Shown here piece after piece: positions 37,040 to 49,427 of a DNA stretch of 64,000 bases. Position numbers and translations under genes: made by a program. How positions within the stretch are numbered: the first letter of the stretch is position 1; each line of letters begins with the position of its first letter. The notes under the pieces are model-generated. The model searched no databases. It had not been told where the DNA came from and worked only from the letters and a program-made list of their open reading frames with translations. The stretch comes from Sphagnum compactum (taxonomy: Eukaryota): assembly GCA_965153455.1 (NCBI GenBank), contig OZ234493.1, positions 20,698,213 through 20,762,212 on the forward strand, read 5' to 3'.

Positions 37040-38880
37040 AATCATCATGTTTCAATACTAGTTAAAATAATTTACTATAATAAATAAGTTTATTTTTAAA
37101 TTAAAAAAACCTTAGGTTATGCCCTAAATTATTATAAATTATTTTACCCTAGGTTATTTAAAATTATTCTACCATATTAAATATTTTAATTATATTTTAA
37201 TATTATATTCTAGGTTATTCTCAGCTATACCCTACATTATTTTAGATTATTTTAGGTCATTTTAAATTATTTACCCTAAGCTATACCTTAACATATGGTT
37301 AAATAATTTATAATACTCTAGGGTAAAATAATTAATAATAGTCCATGGAAAAATAACTTGGAATAGTTGAAATAAAATTTAAATAATAACTAGTTTAAGG
37401 TGGAGTAATTTAAAATAACAAAAAAAAGTTTAGGACCATGAATAACCTAGAATAGCAAAATGAACCTAAATACCATGGGGCGGATTAATTTAGAATGGTT
37501 TAAAAAAACTAAAATATAGTAATCTAAAATAACTTAAATTAGAATAACTAAGAACAATCAAGAATAACTTGGGGTACATTAATAAAAATAACCTAAGGTA
37601 TAATACATGATAATAACCTAGAATGAATTAACCTATAATAGTTGAAAATAACTTAACATATAATAATCTAAAATAATTTAGGGTGGAATAATTCATAATA
37701 GTTGAAAATAACTTAGGATAAAATCACTTAGAATATCATAAGGTAGAATAACTTATAATGGCCTAAAGTAAAATAACTTAGAATGACATAGGGAAAAATA
37801 ATTTATAATGACCCAAAATAGGTTAGGGTAAATAACCTATAATAACCTAAAGTGGAATAATTTATAATAGTTGGAAAGAACTTAAGTATAATAACTTATA
37901 ACAATGTAAGGTGGAATAACCTATATAATAATTAAAATATATAAGGTAAAATAATTTAAGATAACTTAAAATAATAAAAACCTAAGTATAATAGGTTAAA
38001 ATAACTAGAAATAACGTAGGGTATAATAACTTAAAACAATAATAAATAAGTTAAAGTACAACAACTTAAAATAACATATAACATTAATTTAAAAAACCTG
38101 ATTTTGTGACTTGTTTTATATGATTAATAGTGTCATTTGCAACTATTTTGGTTTCTAAAATAATAATTGCAAATGACATTTTTAGTCATAAAACAAGCCA
38201 CAAAATGAGGTTTTTTTACTACCATAGTAGACTAAAATAATAAAAAATAATTTAAAGTATAATAACCTATAATAACAAAAAAAAACCTTAGGACAAAATA
38301 ACTTAAAATAAATTTCAGAATAACCTAAAACAATATATGGCGAAATAATTTAAAATAACCAAGGATAACCTTGGGTTGAATAGTTTAGAATAACCAATAA
38401 TAGTGTGATGTGGTTGTTCACTTAAAATAACTTAAGGTGAAATAACCTATAATAACTTATGGTGAATTACCATAGAATAACATAGGGTGGAATAACCTAC
38501 AATATTTGAAAATAAACTATGGTGAAATAACCTATAATAACTAATAATAACTTAGAATACCCAAGGGTGATTAACTAATTGCTTAAAGTAGAATAGCCTA
38601 GAATAATAAATGCATAGTAACCTAATACTAGCTTAAAATTTGAGCATGTGGTAGCCTACATTACCTTAGGAATAATTTAAAGTAACCTACACTAATTTAA
38701 GAATAGCCTAGGACTAGCACAAAAACTTAGCCTATGGTAGCCCACACATAGACTTGGGTAGCCTAAAGTAGCCTACACTAATTTAAGAATAGCCTAAAAC
38801 TAGATTAAGAATTTAACTTGTGGTAGCTTACATTAGCCTAAGAATGGGCTAAGGTAACCTATTAGTATCTTAAGCTATGT
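37040..38880. repeat. AT-rich low-complexity repeat tract (AATAAC(C/T)TA / TAGCCTA units) between RT and RNase H
   Basis: Many degenerate AATAACTTA/AATAACCTA units, in reverse orientation at ~37100-37290 and forward orientation afterwards. Confidence 0.7.
38091..38217. mobile_element. ~127-bp palindromic (foldback/MITE-like) element
   Basis: The left arm AAAAAACCTGATTTTGTGACTTGTTTTAT...TGTCATTTGCAA pairs with the right arm TTGCAAATGACA...ATAAAACAAGCCACAAAATGAGGTTTTTTT. Confidence 0.7.
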
Positions 38881-41800
38881 AGGTATGTAAAATGAGGTAA
38901 CACAGTAACATGGGTAGGAAATATACCTAGTAGTTTAGGAAAACAATGTGCATAATAATGTGTGGTCAAAAATCATATCACTTATTTGAATCATGGTCTA
39001 ATGGTTAATAATTTGGATAATAAGGGAGGGGAGGTGAAAGGTTTAAACATTCACACTTGCACCTTAAATTGGCGGGCTAATGAATTGGCTTAAGTTCCTA
39101 GCTTAGGTTAGGTGACCTACATAGCCTAGGTTAGGTGCCTAATTTAGTTTTGTGTTTTTAGGTGCTGGACATAATTATGAACTTGGTGGCTAGCCTAGTG
39201 AATTAACTATTAATGAATTTGATTAGTGAATCCATTTATTTGTAACAATCGATCCTATTCACTAGGGGGTTGGTCACTTTTGATATGATACATTTGTCCA
39301 ATTACACTCAAAATATAGTGAAAGACATAATGCATTTGGACACATATTGGTGTAGTACAAGTTTTCGATTTTATGGCACAATTATACTAATGTTTGATTT
39401 GAGATTATTTATTTATTATGAAATCAATAATCATGCAACATGAAACTATACAATCACAAAGCAAGAAACTTTAGCAATGGTTTATTCATTACATAAGTTT
39501 TGGTATTACTTGTTAAGTAACATATTTGTTTTTTTGTTGATCATATGGTTTATATATACTAGGTCAATAAACTACAAGTTTCGAATTGAATAGGCTAGTG
39601 GTTATTACTATTTTTCAAGTATGATTTCCAAATTAGGAAGATGATTTCATGTAATTAATGTTTGTCTAAATTGTTTAATGATGCAAAACTTGTCAAAGTA
39701 CTTAAAGAAAACAGTATATGCCAATTTGTTTTTGTTACAACATGACTAGTTGTAGAATGATTTTGATTATTTCAACCCATGTCAAAATGCCAGTTAATTA
39801 TTATGTAACACAACATCAAAACCTTACAATAAAAGCTAAGCCTTTTACCATTCAAAATGGTATATTGCATTGATTAGGCCAAGATAATAAATTTCATCTA
39901 CGATCCTTTGAAATATTGATAATAGTTCATTTCATACATGAATAGCAAAAGGTCATTTTTCTACAAACATTATTTATAAAATTTTAAATGCAAGATATTG
40001 GTGGTCAACTTTATATCAAGATAACATTCATGATTATTATAAAACTTATGATGCTTGTTAGCATATAAGAAACTTCTTTACTTAAAGATTAAGAAAGTTA
40101 ATCATTAGTCTTTTTAAAGAACCATTCATGAAATGGGGCATTGATTTTATGGGACCGATCAAATCTACATGTTGATTCATGGGCAATCAATACAATATTA
40201 TCACTATAAATAATGCCTCAAAATGGGTGGAAGCAAATGCTTTACAAATGAACATTATTGTAGTTACCACAAAATTTATGTATGAATTCATTTTTGTTTT
40301 ATTCAAATGTTCAATGATAATTGTTAATAATCAATTTAAATTTCAATAATGATTTTATTTGATATTTATCGATCATTTCTTAATGCATCATATGAATTTT
40401 CTTATATATTTCCTTTAAGGTAATGGTCAAATAGAATTTTCCAATAAAATGATTGATACATTATTAGTAAAATTAGTTAATGAAAAATTATTTGATAGAA
40501 ATGAAAATTGTTGATTGTTTTATTTTCTTATTATATATATTTTAAGGTTGCCATAGGGCAGACACCTTTCCAATTGGTCTATGTACGATATCCATTATTA
40601 CCTATTGAAAATATTTTATTAACACATATCTAAGTTAATATAAACTTATACCCTATTTGGATATTTATTAACCAAATTTGGAAAGGCTCCAAGAGAATTG
40701 ATTGGAAGCACATGAGATTCAAGCTGTGGATTAGTTGAATCAATTTTGTGGCTTAAATAATGTCATCCTAAAATACCATTCAATTTTGGAGATTATGTGT
40801 TATAGTTTCAAAGGCGGTTAAAACACATATCAAGAAGTTTAAGCACCAACGGTTTAGTTCATACCAAATTCAATATTGTTTACAAAAAAAATTATTTTAT
40901 TAGTCACAATGGATAAGTCTGATCTGAACTTGATTTTCATTAATGTTAACAAACAAAAACCATATTAGTATGTGAAACAAAGTATTAAACTAATTTAGGT
41001 ACCAAAATCTACATTTATGTGAATTTCATTTAACTTGTAAATCCATGGTTTTTTCTTGGAATTAACTTTGTTCATACTTCATTATTAGAATTTATAATCT
41101 CTATGAATTTCATTATACTTAAGATCCACAAATTTTTCATGTGGCTAATTTTGTCTATGTTATGTTACCAATAAATCAACCAATCAACTTATTATTTTCT
41201 CTGTTACCTTTTTGCAAAAATATCAAAATGATTATGTACTTTCATTATGACACATTAGCCCTAATTTGGTTAGTACTATTGTCATCATTAATTAACTACA
41301 TTCATCGTTATTCTCAAAAAAATAATTGTAATCATTTTTTATATTTTGTGTTTTTTTGTTGTTTTTGGATTAACATGAATGTAGAGTTTGAAACTTGAAA
41401 AATTATAGTGAAGAAGTTGAGAGGTTGTAAAAGAGAAAATACATCAATTTCAAACATGAGATGAACACGTGAGATGAACATGGCACATTCTATCACTTGT
41501 AATTTAACTATCAATTGAAGATGAAAATTCCAATACACCATCATGAACAAAACATGAAATTCACGTAGTGATTCAACATTTATAAAGTTTTCCATGACTT
41601 CTTAATTTATTGGAATTGTAATATTTAATTTTGATGATGAAGAGGTTAATCTATTTGTTGTAGATTTTGTTACAAAAACTTAGACATAAGAAAAAACAAT
41701 TCAACAATTATAAGATATTTCCAACCAATTACATGTTATTGATTATCCATCATAGGTCGAAATAGATGGTGTCGAGGCAAGATAAACAACCAATGGCACA

Positions 41801-44800
41801 ACTTACCACATCACAAGAAGATCGTTGGACTGTGGATATAAAGGAAATTTAAAAGATCATTTAGTAGATTACTATTAAACTTGTGGAATTTTGATGGGCC
41901 AAGACAATTGGCTATGAAGGATTTTTCTAAGTTCAATGGACTAATTTGAGAATTCCACTTTTTGAGGAATATTTCTAAACATGGATTCAACACAAAGATG
42001 GGCATATCCAAGTGTATGTCCAAGGGAAAAACATTGTCATCGACCATTAATTTTTTCATGAGATGCTTCAAGTATCAAATTGAAAAGTAGTTGATCCACT
42101 GACAATAAGCAAATCAATTACTTCAAATCTAGTTGGTAGCATCGTGGAGTTTGCATATGTGTATGTTAGCATTAAACAATAAACTATTTTTAAGATGTGA
42201 GAACTTTATTGATCAATTATATTTTTGCAAGTGGCGTACTAATGGGAGAAAATCACTTATTTCAACAACAAAAATTGTTGTAAGTTTCACGAACATAGAT
42301 CATGGTAATGCCAATAAACTAATGTTCCATTATGTTTACCCAATTTAGTGTGGAGATGGAGTAGCGGACTAAACTTTAAAAGAAAATTGATGTTTATAAT
42401 GCGTAGGAAACAAAGAATATTGGTTATGTTGTATGTAAGATAGTCATCGTTACTTTACTGTGCAAATGGTTTTTGTTGGTCACTGACATTGATAAACATA
42501 ATGATCAAGGTGTTTAGTAACCGTAATTTGATGAAAATTCAAGTATGGAGTTTGTACTTAATGAAAGTTCTAAAACTCATGACGATTCGTAAAAAGAAAT
42601 GGAAAAGGATGTGCAAGAAATTACAATGGAACATATCATTCAAAGAATGAGGTTTCTAGTTGTTGAATCTTTATTTACCGCGGCCTATCGCATAGATGTC
42701 ACCATTAGCTAAGAAAATATCAATGAATCAATTTGCTGTAATGCAATTTGATCAGCCTACCACCAAAACAATTATCCAAAGGTTCCACTTGAAGTGCCTA
42801 CTTGTAAATGTGCACATACTTGAATTGTGCCAAATATAATCACATTGATTGTATTTAAACCTACATTTACACAATTTCCATCACCAAATCTTGAACAATG
42901 ACTTCCATTTGTAAAAGTTATTGCAACTTTATAAATTGCTTTTGAGATTGCCAATTGGCAATAAGGAACTAATCATCCCAATTCCACAAGTTTCAATTCA
43001 TGTAATTAACCCTTACCTTTTGAATAATACAATTTTTTTGAAAATATAAAAGATTTTATTACTTTTGGAGCTTAGAGAACTATGAATTGACAAAAACTAT
43101 AAGAAGATTTCACAAACCTCATGGTAGAACACAATCAATTAACTAATCATAAAAAATAGATGCATTAAATGAGTTAGTTGATAAAAACATGCAAATTAAA
43201 AGTCTTGTACAAAGGAAAAAAGACCATGAAATTAAAGTAAAACATATTTCAAATTCAACAAAAGGATATGGAGTTCAAAAACTTGGGCAAAACCATGGTA
43301 AAGTAAACCAAAGAATTACCTTGCAGCATAAATGGAAAGTGGGATCAAGTAGGCCTTGGTATAACGAATTTAAATATATTATTTATTTAAATATTTAATT
43401 ATATGAAGTTCTTTGACTTTTTTATAATTACATTTAAAAACCACATATTTAAAATAGGTTTGTATATATTCATCAAAATCAAACAAATGTCACAACATGA
43501 AAAATAGATTAAAATTCAAGCACAAATAAATTAAGTATTGGATCTATTTTATTTTTAAATCAATAACATGCTAAATATACTAGTGGACTTTGACTTTTTT
43601 CACAATAGAATCAAAATATATTTAACATCTAATGTAAAAATAGGAATGAACACAATATTAACCTGTGAGTTTTGTTCCTACTTGTTACCTACTTTTATTG
43701 TACAAATTTTTTTCAAATTTTGTATTCAACTCATAAAAATTCAATGGAAGCATGAAGGCTTCCATAATGAGATTATAAAAAAAATTGGACCTACTTTCTT
43801 ATGTTTATGTTGAAAAAATTGCGATATTTAAAATTGGATTTAAACGAACATACTTTTTAGTCCACTTTACCATGCTTGCACCCACTTGCAAAAACTTTTT
43901 GATTGGTAATGCCAAAAAACTACTAAATCTTTATTAGTTATAGAAAAACGCTTCAAAGATTAATAAAAACAAATCATTGAGTTGCAACTCGAATGTGATA
44001 AATAGAATGACTAAAAGTAATAACTATAAATTGTGCCATCAAGAATTATAAGTGACAAGATGGAGTATGATGAATTATTCCTGAACCAAACATTATTGGA
44101 TGTTCATACTCAAGCATTGGCACAACAACTTTGAATACAACTTTGTATGGTGGGATAAAATACAAACCATTGTCGAAGAAATGCAATGAACAACCATACA
44201 TTTGTAAAATTGAATATTATGGAATTGCTTACATGGATCATGTTTACATTTCACTAAAATTTTCATCCAATGTTCTTACTTGGGAATGATCATTAATCTC
44301 AATATTGATGCAGAGCCTGATATCATCAAAGGAGGATCACAAAATTTTCAATCAATTGTTATTACAGATACATCCACTGCACCTATATATATTCAGATTG
44401 GATTTGGACTTGAGGTTAAATTCATGTTAACTACACCTCACCAATATGAAATCATTAATATTTTTATTCAACCCACAAAGTTCTAGATTATGGATTTGCT
44501 ATATCAGATTTTTGAAGATGAAACCCATATTTTAGGAGGGTTAAATGTTAAGGGGTGGAATTTATCAATGTGAAATTGATAGTATACATAGTTGTAATGC
44601 AATTTATTGCATAGTTGTATAATTTACTCACTAATCATGTTGATTATATATGAATTAATATACTAGTCATATTTATTGGTTATTAGTTTTAGCAAATTTT
44701 TTTAAATAAATTTTGTAAAATTTTGGATACAAGAAGAAAATTAAGACATTCATGTGTTTCAACTTTTGAAATGAATTCAATTATGAAAAGATAGATTCAT

Positions 44801-45293
44801 TTTCAATTTTGAATTCTTACACATACATTTATGTTTTGTAGAATTGTAAAAGTTAAAAACTTAATATTTATTTTGATTTCAAATCAGAAAAAACATTCAT
44901 AGATTATTTTAAAAACTTTCATTATGTGTTCAAAATAAAGTTTAAAGATTTTGAAGAGAAAAATATTTAAATATTATATTTTTCATACATTTTTAATTCA
45001 TTAAAATGGGGAAAAGGGGTGTAAAAGATCCAAAATGGTATTAGGATGATGGGACAATCATAAACATCTCATGAACAAGTCATGTACACAAATCAAACAA
45101 ATCAAGTGGTTATAAATGCAAATGGAATTAACTTTGGCTCATAAACTTGCTTTAGATTCACTACATTCACATGGTTCAAATTTGGGAGAAAATCACCACC
45201 TTCTTCCTTATAATATACTTCATGATTAGCATCACCATGCAAAATGGTCTTCACAAATTACACTTCTAAGGCTATGAATATGGTGATGGTTTT

Positions 45294-46122
45294 TGACGCA
45301 CTCCCAAGTTCCTTGATAGATTCAAATGTAAGTCTAAAGTGAAACATCGAAAGAATAAGGAGTCGAGGCACGCTATTTGGCTCATAACACTTCGGGGGTA
45401 GAGGGGCGTGCTGGAGCTCCGGGATGGGGACTAGGAAGAGTGACAAACATTCAATTATTCACACGGACCTACACAAACCAAACAACAAGTTGGTTAGTGC
45501 GAAGTTGCAACACTTTTGGTGCACGGACGAGTCACAGGCAAACACGAGACTCACAAGACTCACCACGGCCCGGACTTGGGGGAAATTACCGCCTTCCCCC
45601 TTATGGTATACTTTGTGCCTGGCCACGGGGTTAGCACCTAAATGTCATTTTGTTTCGGGGCTCCCAAGTGGGAGTCTCGAAATTCCCAAAATTGGGACTC
45701 CCATGACTTTGGAGGCCTATAACCTTGTGTGTAGACATCTAATTGAGGTGAGGTCTGAAGAAAAATTGTAGCCTTGTCCAGAGCTTTCCAACGGTATGTG
45801 GCATGCCATCTGCATGCAAGGAAGTCAGGGCGATTCTTGACTTTCAGTGGTTGGGAGTCAAATTGGCAATTTGACTTCCAACCCTTCTTTTGGCCATAAC
45901 TTATGTTTTAATTACCCAAATGGGTCATGCGAGCCCATTTTAGACATCTAAGTTCTAAGAGTTTTCCAATGATATAAGGAACTATTCAATCTAATGGGTT
46001 TTGAACCCAGCACACTCTCCCACACTCTCGGGAGCATGAAATGTGACTCCCGGGCTTCAACCTTGGCCCGTGCCTTCGCAAGCCCTTGCCTTGGTCGCAA
46101 GCCCAAGGCTAGGGTTGCGACA
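45294..46122. mobile_element. Solo-LTR-like insertion (829 bp), less decayed than its surroundings
   Basis: TG...CA termini with short inverted ends TGACGCA / TGCGACA, 5-bp TSD GTTTT/ATTTT, and a sharp GC rise against the flanks. Confidence 0.75.
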
Positions 46123-46644
46123 ATTTTTATATTTAGGAATCATATTTTCTTTGGTTTCTCCCACATTTTTCTCAATGACAATATCAAATTTCACATTTGT
46201 TTCTTCATTAAAAATGATTAACATGCAACATTACATTGTTTTTCAATAATGTTTTAATGATGATTAACATGCTGTTCATTATCTCATTTTTCAACAATGT
46301 TTTGTGATGGAAACACAATCCAATTGAGATTTTGAAGCTTTTGTTTTTCGTTGCATGTTGATTTCTTGATTTTTCTAATGTTATTTTCAATGTTGGTAAC
46401 AAAACTAGTGTGAATTCTTTTTGTTTTTTTCAAATAATTTCATGGCCTATTATTACAAAATTCGATAATGTGAAATCTTATGTTGAGTTGTTCAATTGTA
46501 GTTGTTATGTTTTGTTTTGTGCTTTGAAACATTAAATTCATGAAGGGAAGAAGATTTTCAATTTGGTGTTGGAGGAAGGAAACACAATATGCCAACTCTT
46601 CTTTTCTTTTGTTCTTTAATGGGATGGTGATGATGGATTTTTTC

Positions 46645-47230
46645 ATGACCTAAAAGCTAAGTCTAATGGTTTGTCTTTAAAAGTGTGAATTAATAGCTAA
46701 AGTTGAAGTCTAGTGGGTTGTCTTGAAAGTGTGAATTCAAACCTAAAATTTAAGTCCGATGGTTTGTCTTGAAAATGTGAATCTAGACTTCTAAAATTAA
46801 GTCCAATGGTTCAAAGTGTGAATCATACCTAAAAAGCTAGATGCGAATTGTTTCTCTTGAGAATGTGAATCCATACCTAAAAAGTTTAGTCCAATGGTTT
46901 GTCCATAAAGTGTGAATCCAAACCCAAAGTTCAATTTAGTGGATCTAGACCTTCAAATTAAGCTCAATGTTTAGTTTGGAAGTGTGAATCCATACCTGAA
47001 AACCGAAAATCAAATGGTTTGTGTGTGAATTTGGACCAAAAATTTAGTCCAATGGGTTTTCCTAAAAGTGTGTATCCAGACATTCTGGCAAGTTAAGTGC
47101 AATGGTCTTGTGCTAAAAGTGTGAAACCAATTAGACTTTAGATGTGCAGTGCAATGGTTTGCGCTGAAAGTGTGAAACCAAAGTTTTTAGGTGTACATGT
47201 GTTGTTGATTGTTGTCCCAAAAGTGTGAAA
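46645..47230. repeat. ~45-bp minisatellite (about a dozen units) abutting the TRF-like gene promoter
   Basis: Repeating AGTCCAATGGTTTGTCTTGAAAGTGTGAATCCATACCTAAAA-like units. Confidence 0.85.
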
Positions 47231-49427
47231 GGGGTGTTTATTGAGTCCCTTTGGCCAAACACTCGGAACAGTTGTCGTCTCTCTCGCCTCGCCTTGTGCA
47301 CTCGCTGATGGTCCCGCGGCGATGGCGTCTCTTCTTCCTCTTCGTCTTCTTCACCATTTCACGATCTGGCGTTTCCTAATTTGTGTTTCGCACTGTTCCC
47401 ATTGCGAGTCTTCGCTTTCCTGATTGCCGAAATTTTGCTCCTCCTTTCGTTTTCCGTTCCCTGGAAGGAAAAATAAAATAAAAAATAGGTCCTATTTTTT
47501 TGGTCGCTTCCGGAGTCTTCGTGGTTCCCGAGCTCTGACTGAGATTTGGACGTTTAGCCGTGCAGCCCCGCTGGTGCACACCCCCGAAGCTTTTGTTGCG
47601 GTGCAAGAGCTTCCGCGGGGGTGGAAAATTGTGTGTGAGGGTGGAGTTGAAGGGGGTGAGGGAGAAGGATAGCAACTGTTACTTCGTTGCGATACACAAT
47701 TGGTTTTCCGTGCGCCAAAGACAGGTGCATTTCTGATCCTATTCACGCTGATCTGAATTCCAAGAAGTGAAGCCGGGAGAGAGTTTTTGGTGCTTGTTTC
47801 CTCTCTGTCTGTATGCTTTCTCAGGTATGTTGTCGTTACTGTTTCTGTATATATTTTTTCTGCGCAAGAAGATGCGGAGCTTTGTGTCTGCATGCCTGCT
47901 GTCTATGTTTCCTTTTCCTCGCTTCTGTCTTTCCTTTCCCCCTCTTTTTGCGGCTTTCTGTTAGAGGAAGAAGAACTTCGAGGTGGAACAAGCGAAGAAA
48001 CACTCTCATCGGTATCTTTTCAGTACTCTCTCTCTTTCTCACCGTCTCAGAGATTGTCTGCAAACTCCGTCTCTGTAGAGTAGGGCGTTGACGTTGCGAA
48101 ATTGTTGATATCAGGGTTACAAGCGCCTCCTTAAAAGCAGCACTTGAAATGAATCCTTTCCTTTCCAGGCAGCTTTGGTTTTTTGTTTGTTTGGCAAACA
48201 GTTCCGGTGCTCGGGTCTTGCCGGACGCTTTCGTGAACCGCAGGCAGAGTCCAATACAGAAATCTGCGCATCTTCTTAGGAGTCCAAATACAGTGCTCTG
48301 CTTCTGTGGATTCCTAAACAGTTTCTTGACGTATAGTACCTATCTCTAGCACCAATACTTCTGCATGCTTGCTTGCTCGGAGAAGAAGAAGTCTCCTTGG
48401 ACAGAGAGATATGTTCTCTCTCTCGTTCCACCAGTGGAGGTTCTTATCCTACCTGTAAAAACAGTGTTCCTATTGCTCTTTGTCTCGTCTGGCTGAAGAA
48501 GTTATAGATTCCTATGTCTGCTTTGACAACTACTCATTGAAGAAGATACACATGGGGGAGATCAATCTGTGAACCTGTGGTTCCAGAACAGATCGATCTG
48601 CAGTTCAGGAACAGGTTCAGCTCTGGAATATATCAAGCTCTAGGTTACACAAGCTATTGAAATCTGGTTTTTCCCTTCAATCTGTTCTCCAGCATGAAGC
48701 TCATGTTTCATCATGGCTCAACTGCGAACTATGGTTGTACTGTATTATGATCATCATCCTGCTGATTGATTGATTCTAGGTGAATTGGATTGTTTGCACA
48801 CTGGTTTTTTTCTTTTGTGCAGCATCTGCCTTTTTCCTGGAAGTCTTACACAGTCTTTACAAAGTCTCTCTGTTCTTCAGTGTTGGGAAGAATCAAATAC
48901 TTTGAGTTGTTCAATGAGGGAAGGTAACTTCAATGCAGGGAAGACAGATACAATTTAAGATTTCTGTTATTGGGTGCTTTCAATAAGCCTACCTCAGTTG
49001 TCAGATGAGTGTTCCCTCTATATCTTGCACTAAACAGCTGGTCCAAGTTCTGATTAGTAGATGAAAGTTTCCTGCCGATTGGTGATCCAAATGGGTCTGC
49101 TGCTGTCTGTTCTTGTTCCTAAATGATTTCTTGCAGGTGAAAGAAAAATTGATCTTGGGTTGGTCTCATCACACAATGGATCCAGTCATTCATGGCACTG
49201 TAATGTCTACAGAACTGACTAGCAACCTGAAAGGGTGATCTGCTGTGATGTTTTTGCTTTAGTTCCCTTGAGAGAAAAACAAGGAACCTAGAGAGTGGAA
49301 GTCACCTTTTGTCCATTTCAACAACTGTGGCTTTTGATCCTGCTCAAACATGTGACATCAGTCTCTGCTTGTTTCTGTGTACTGTCAGGTTTCTGTCTAT
49401 GTAAGATTGTAGACCAGTCCCACAGCA

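Larger units (their letters stand above)
27387..44970 (+). mobile_element. Heavily decayed Ty3/gypsy-type LTR retrotransposon with nested insertions (ends approximate)
   Basis: Direct repeats of ~430 bp at 27387-27820 and 44546-44970; the second starts TGTTAA after the purine tract AGGAGGG. Gag (~33400-34190, EVYYERILK, CxxC..H..C knuckles), protease (~35300-35750, VLLDGNFGTNII), RT (inverted, ~35840-36620), RNase H (~39240-39700, NYTITKQETLAMVYSLHKF) and integrase (~39900-40980, PFMKWGIDFMGPI) lie in gypsy order. Confidence 0.75.

Noticed and set aside
41000-44540. Possible extra ORF between integrase and the 3' LTR
   Set aside because: Too degraded to identify or delimit by eye.
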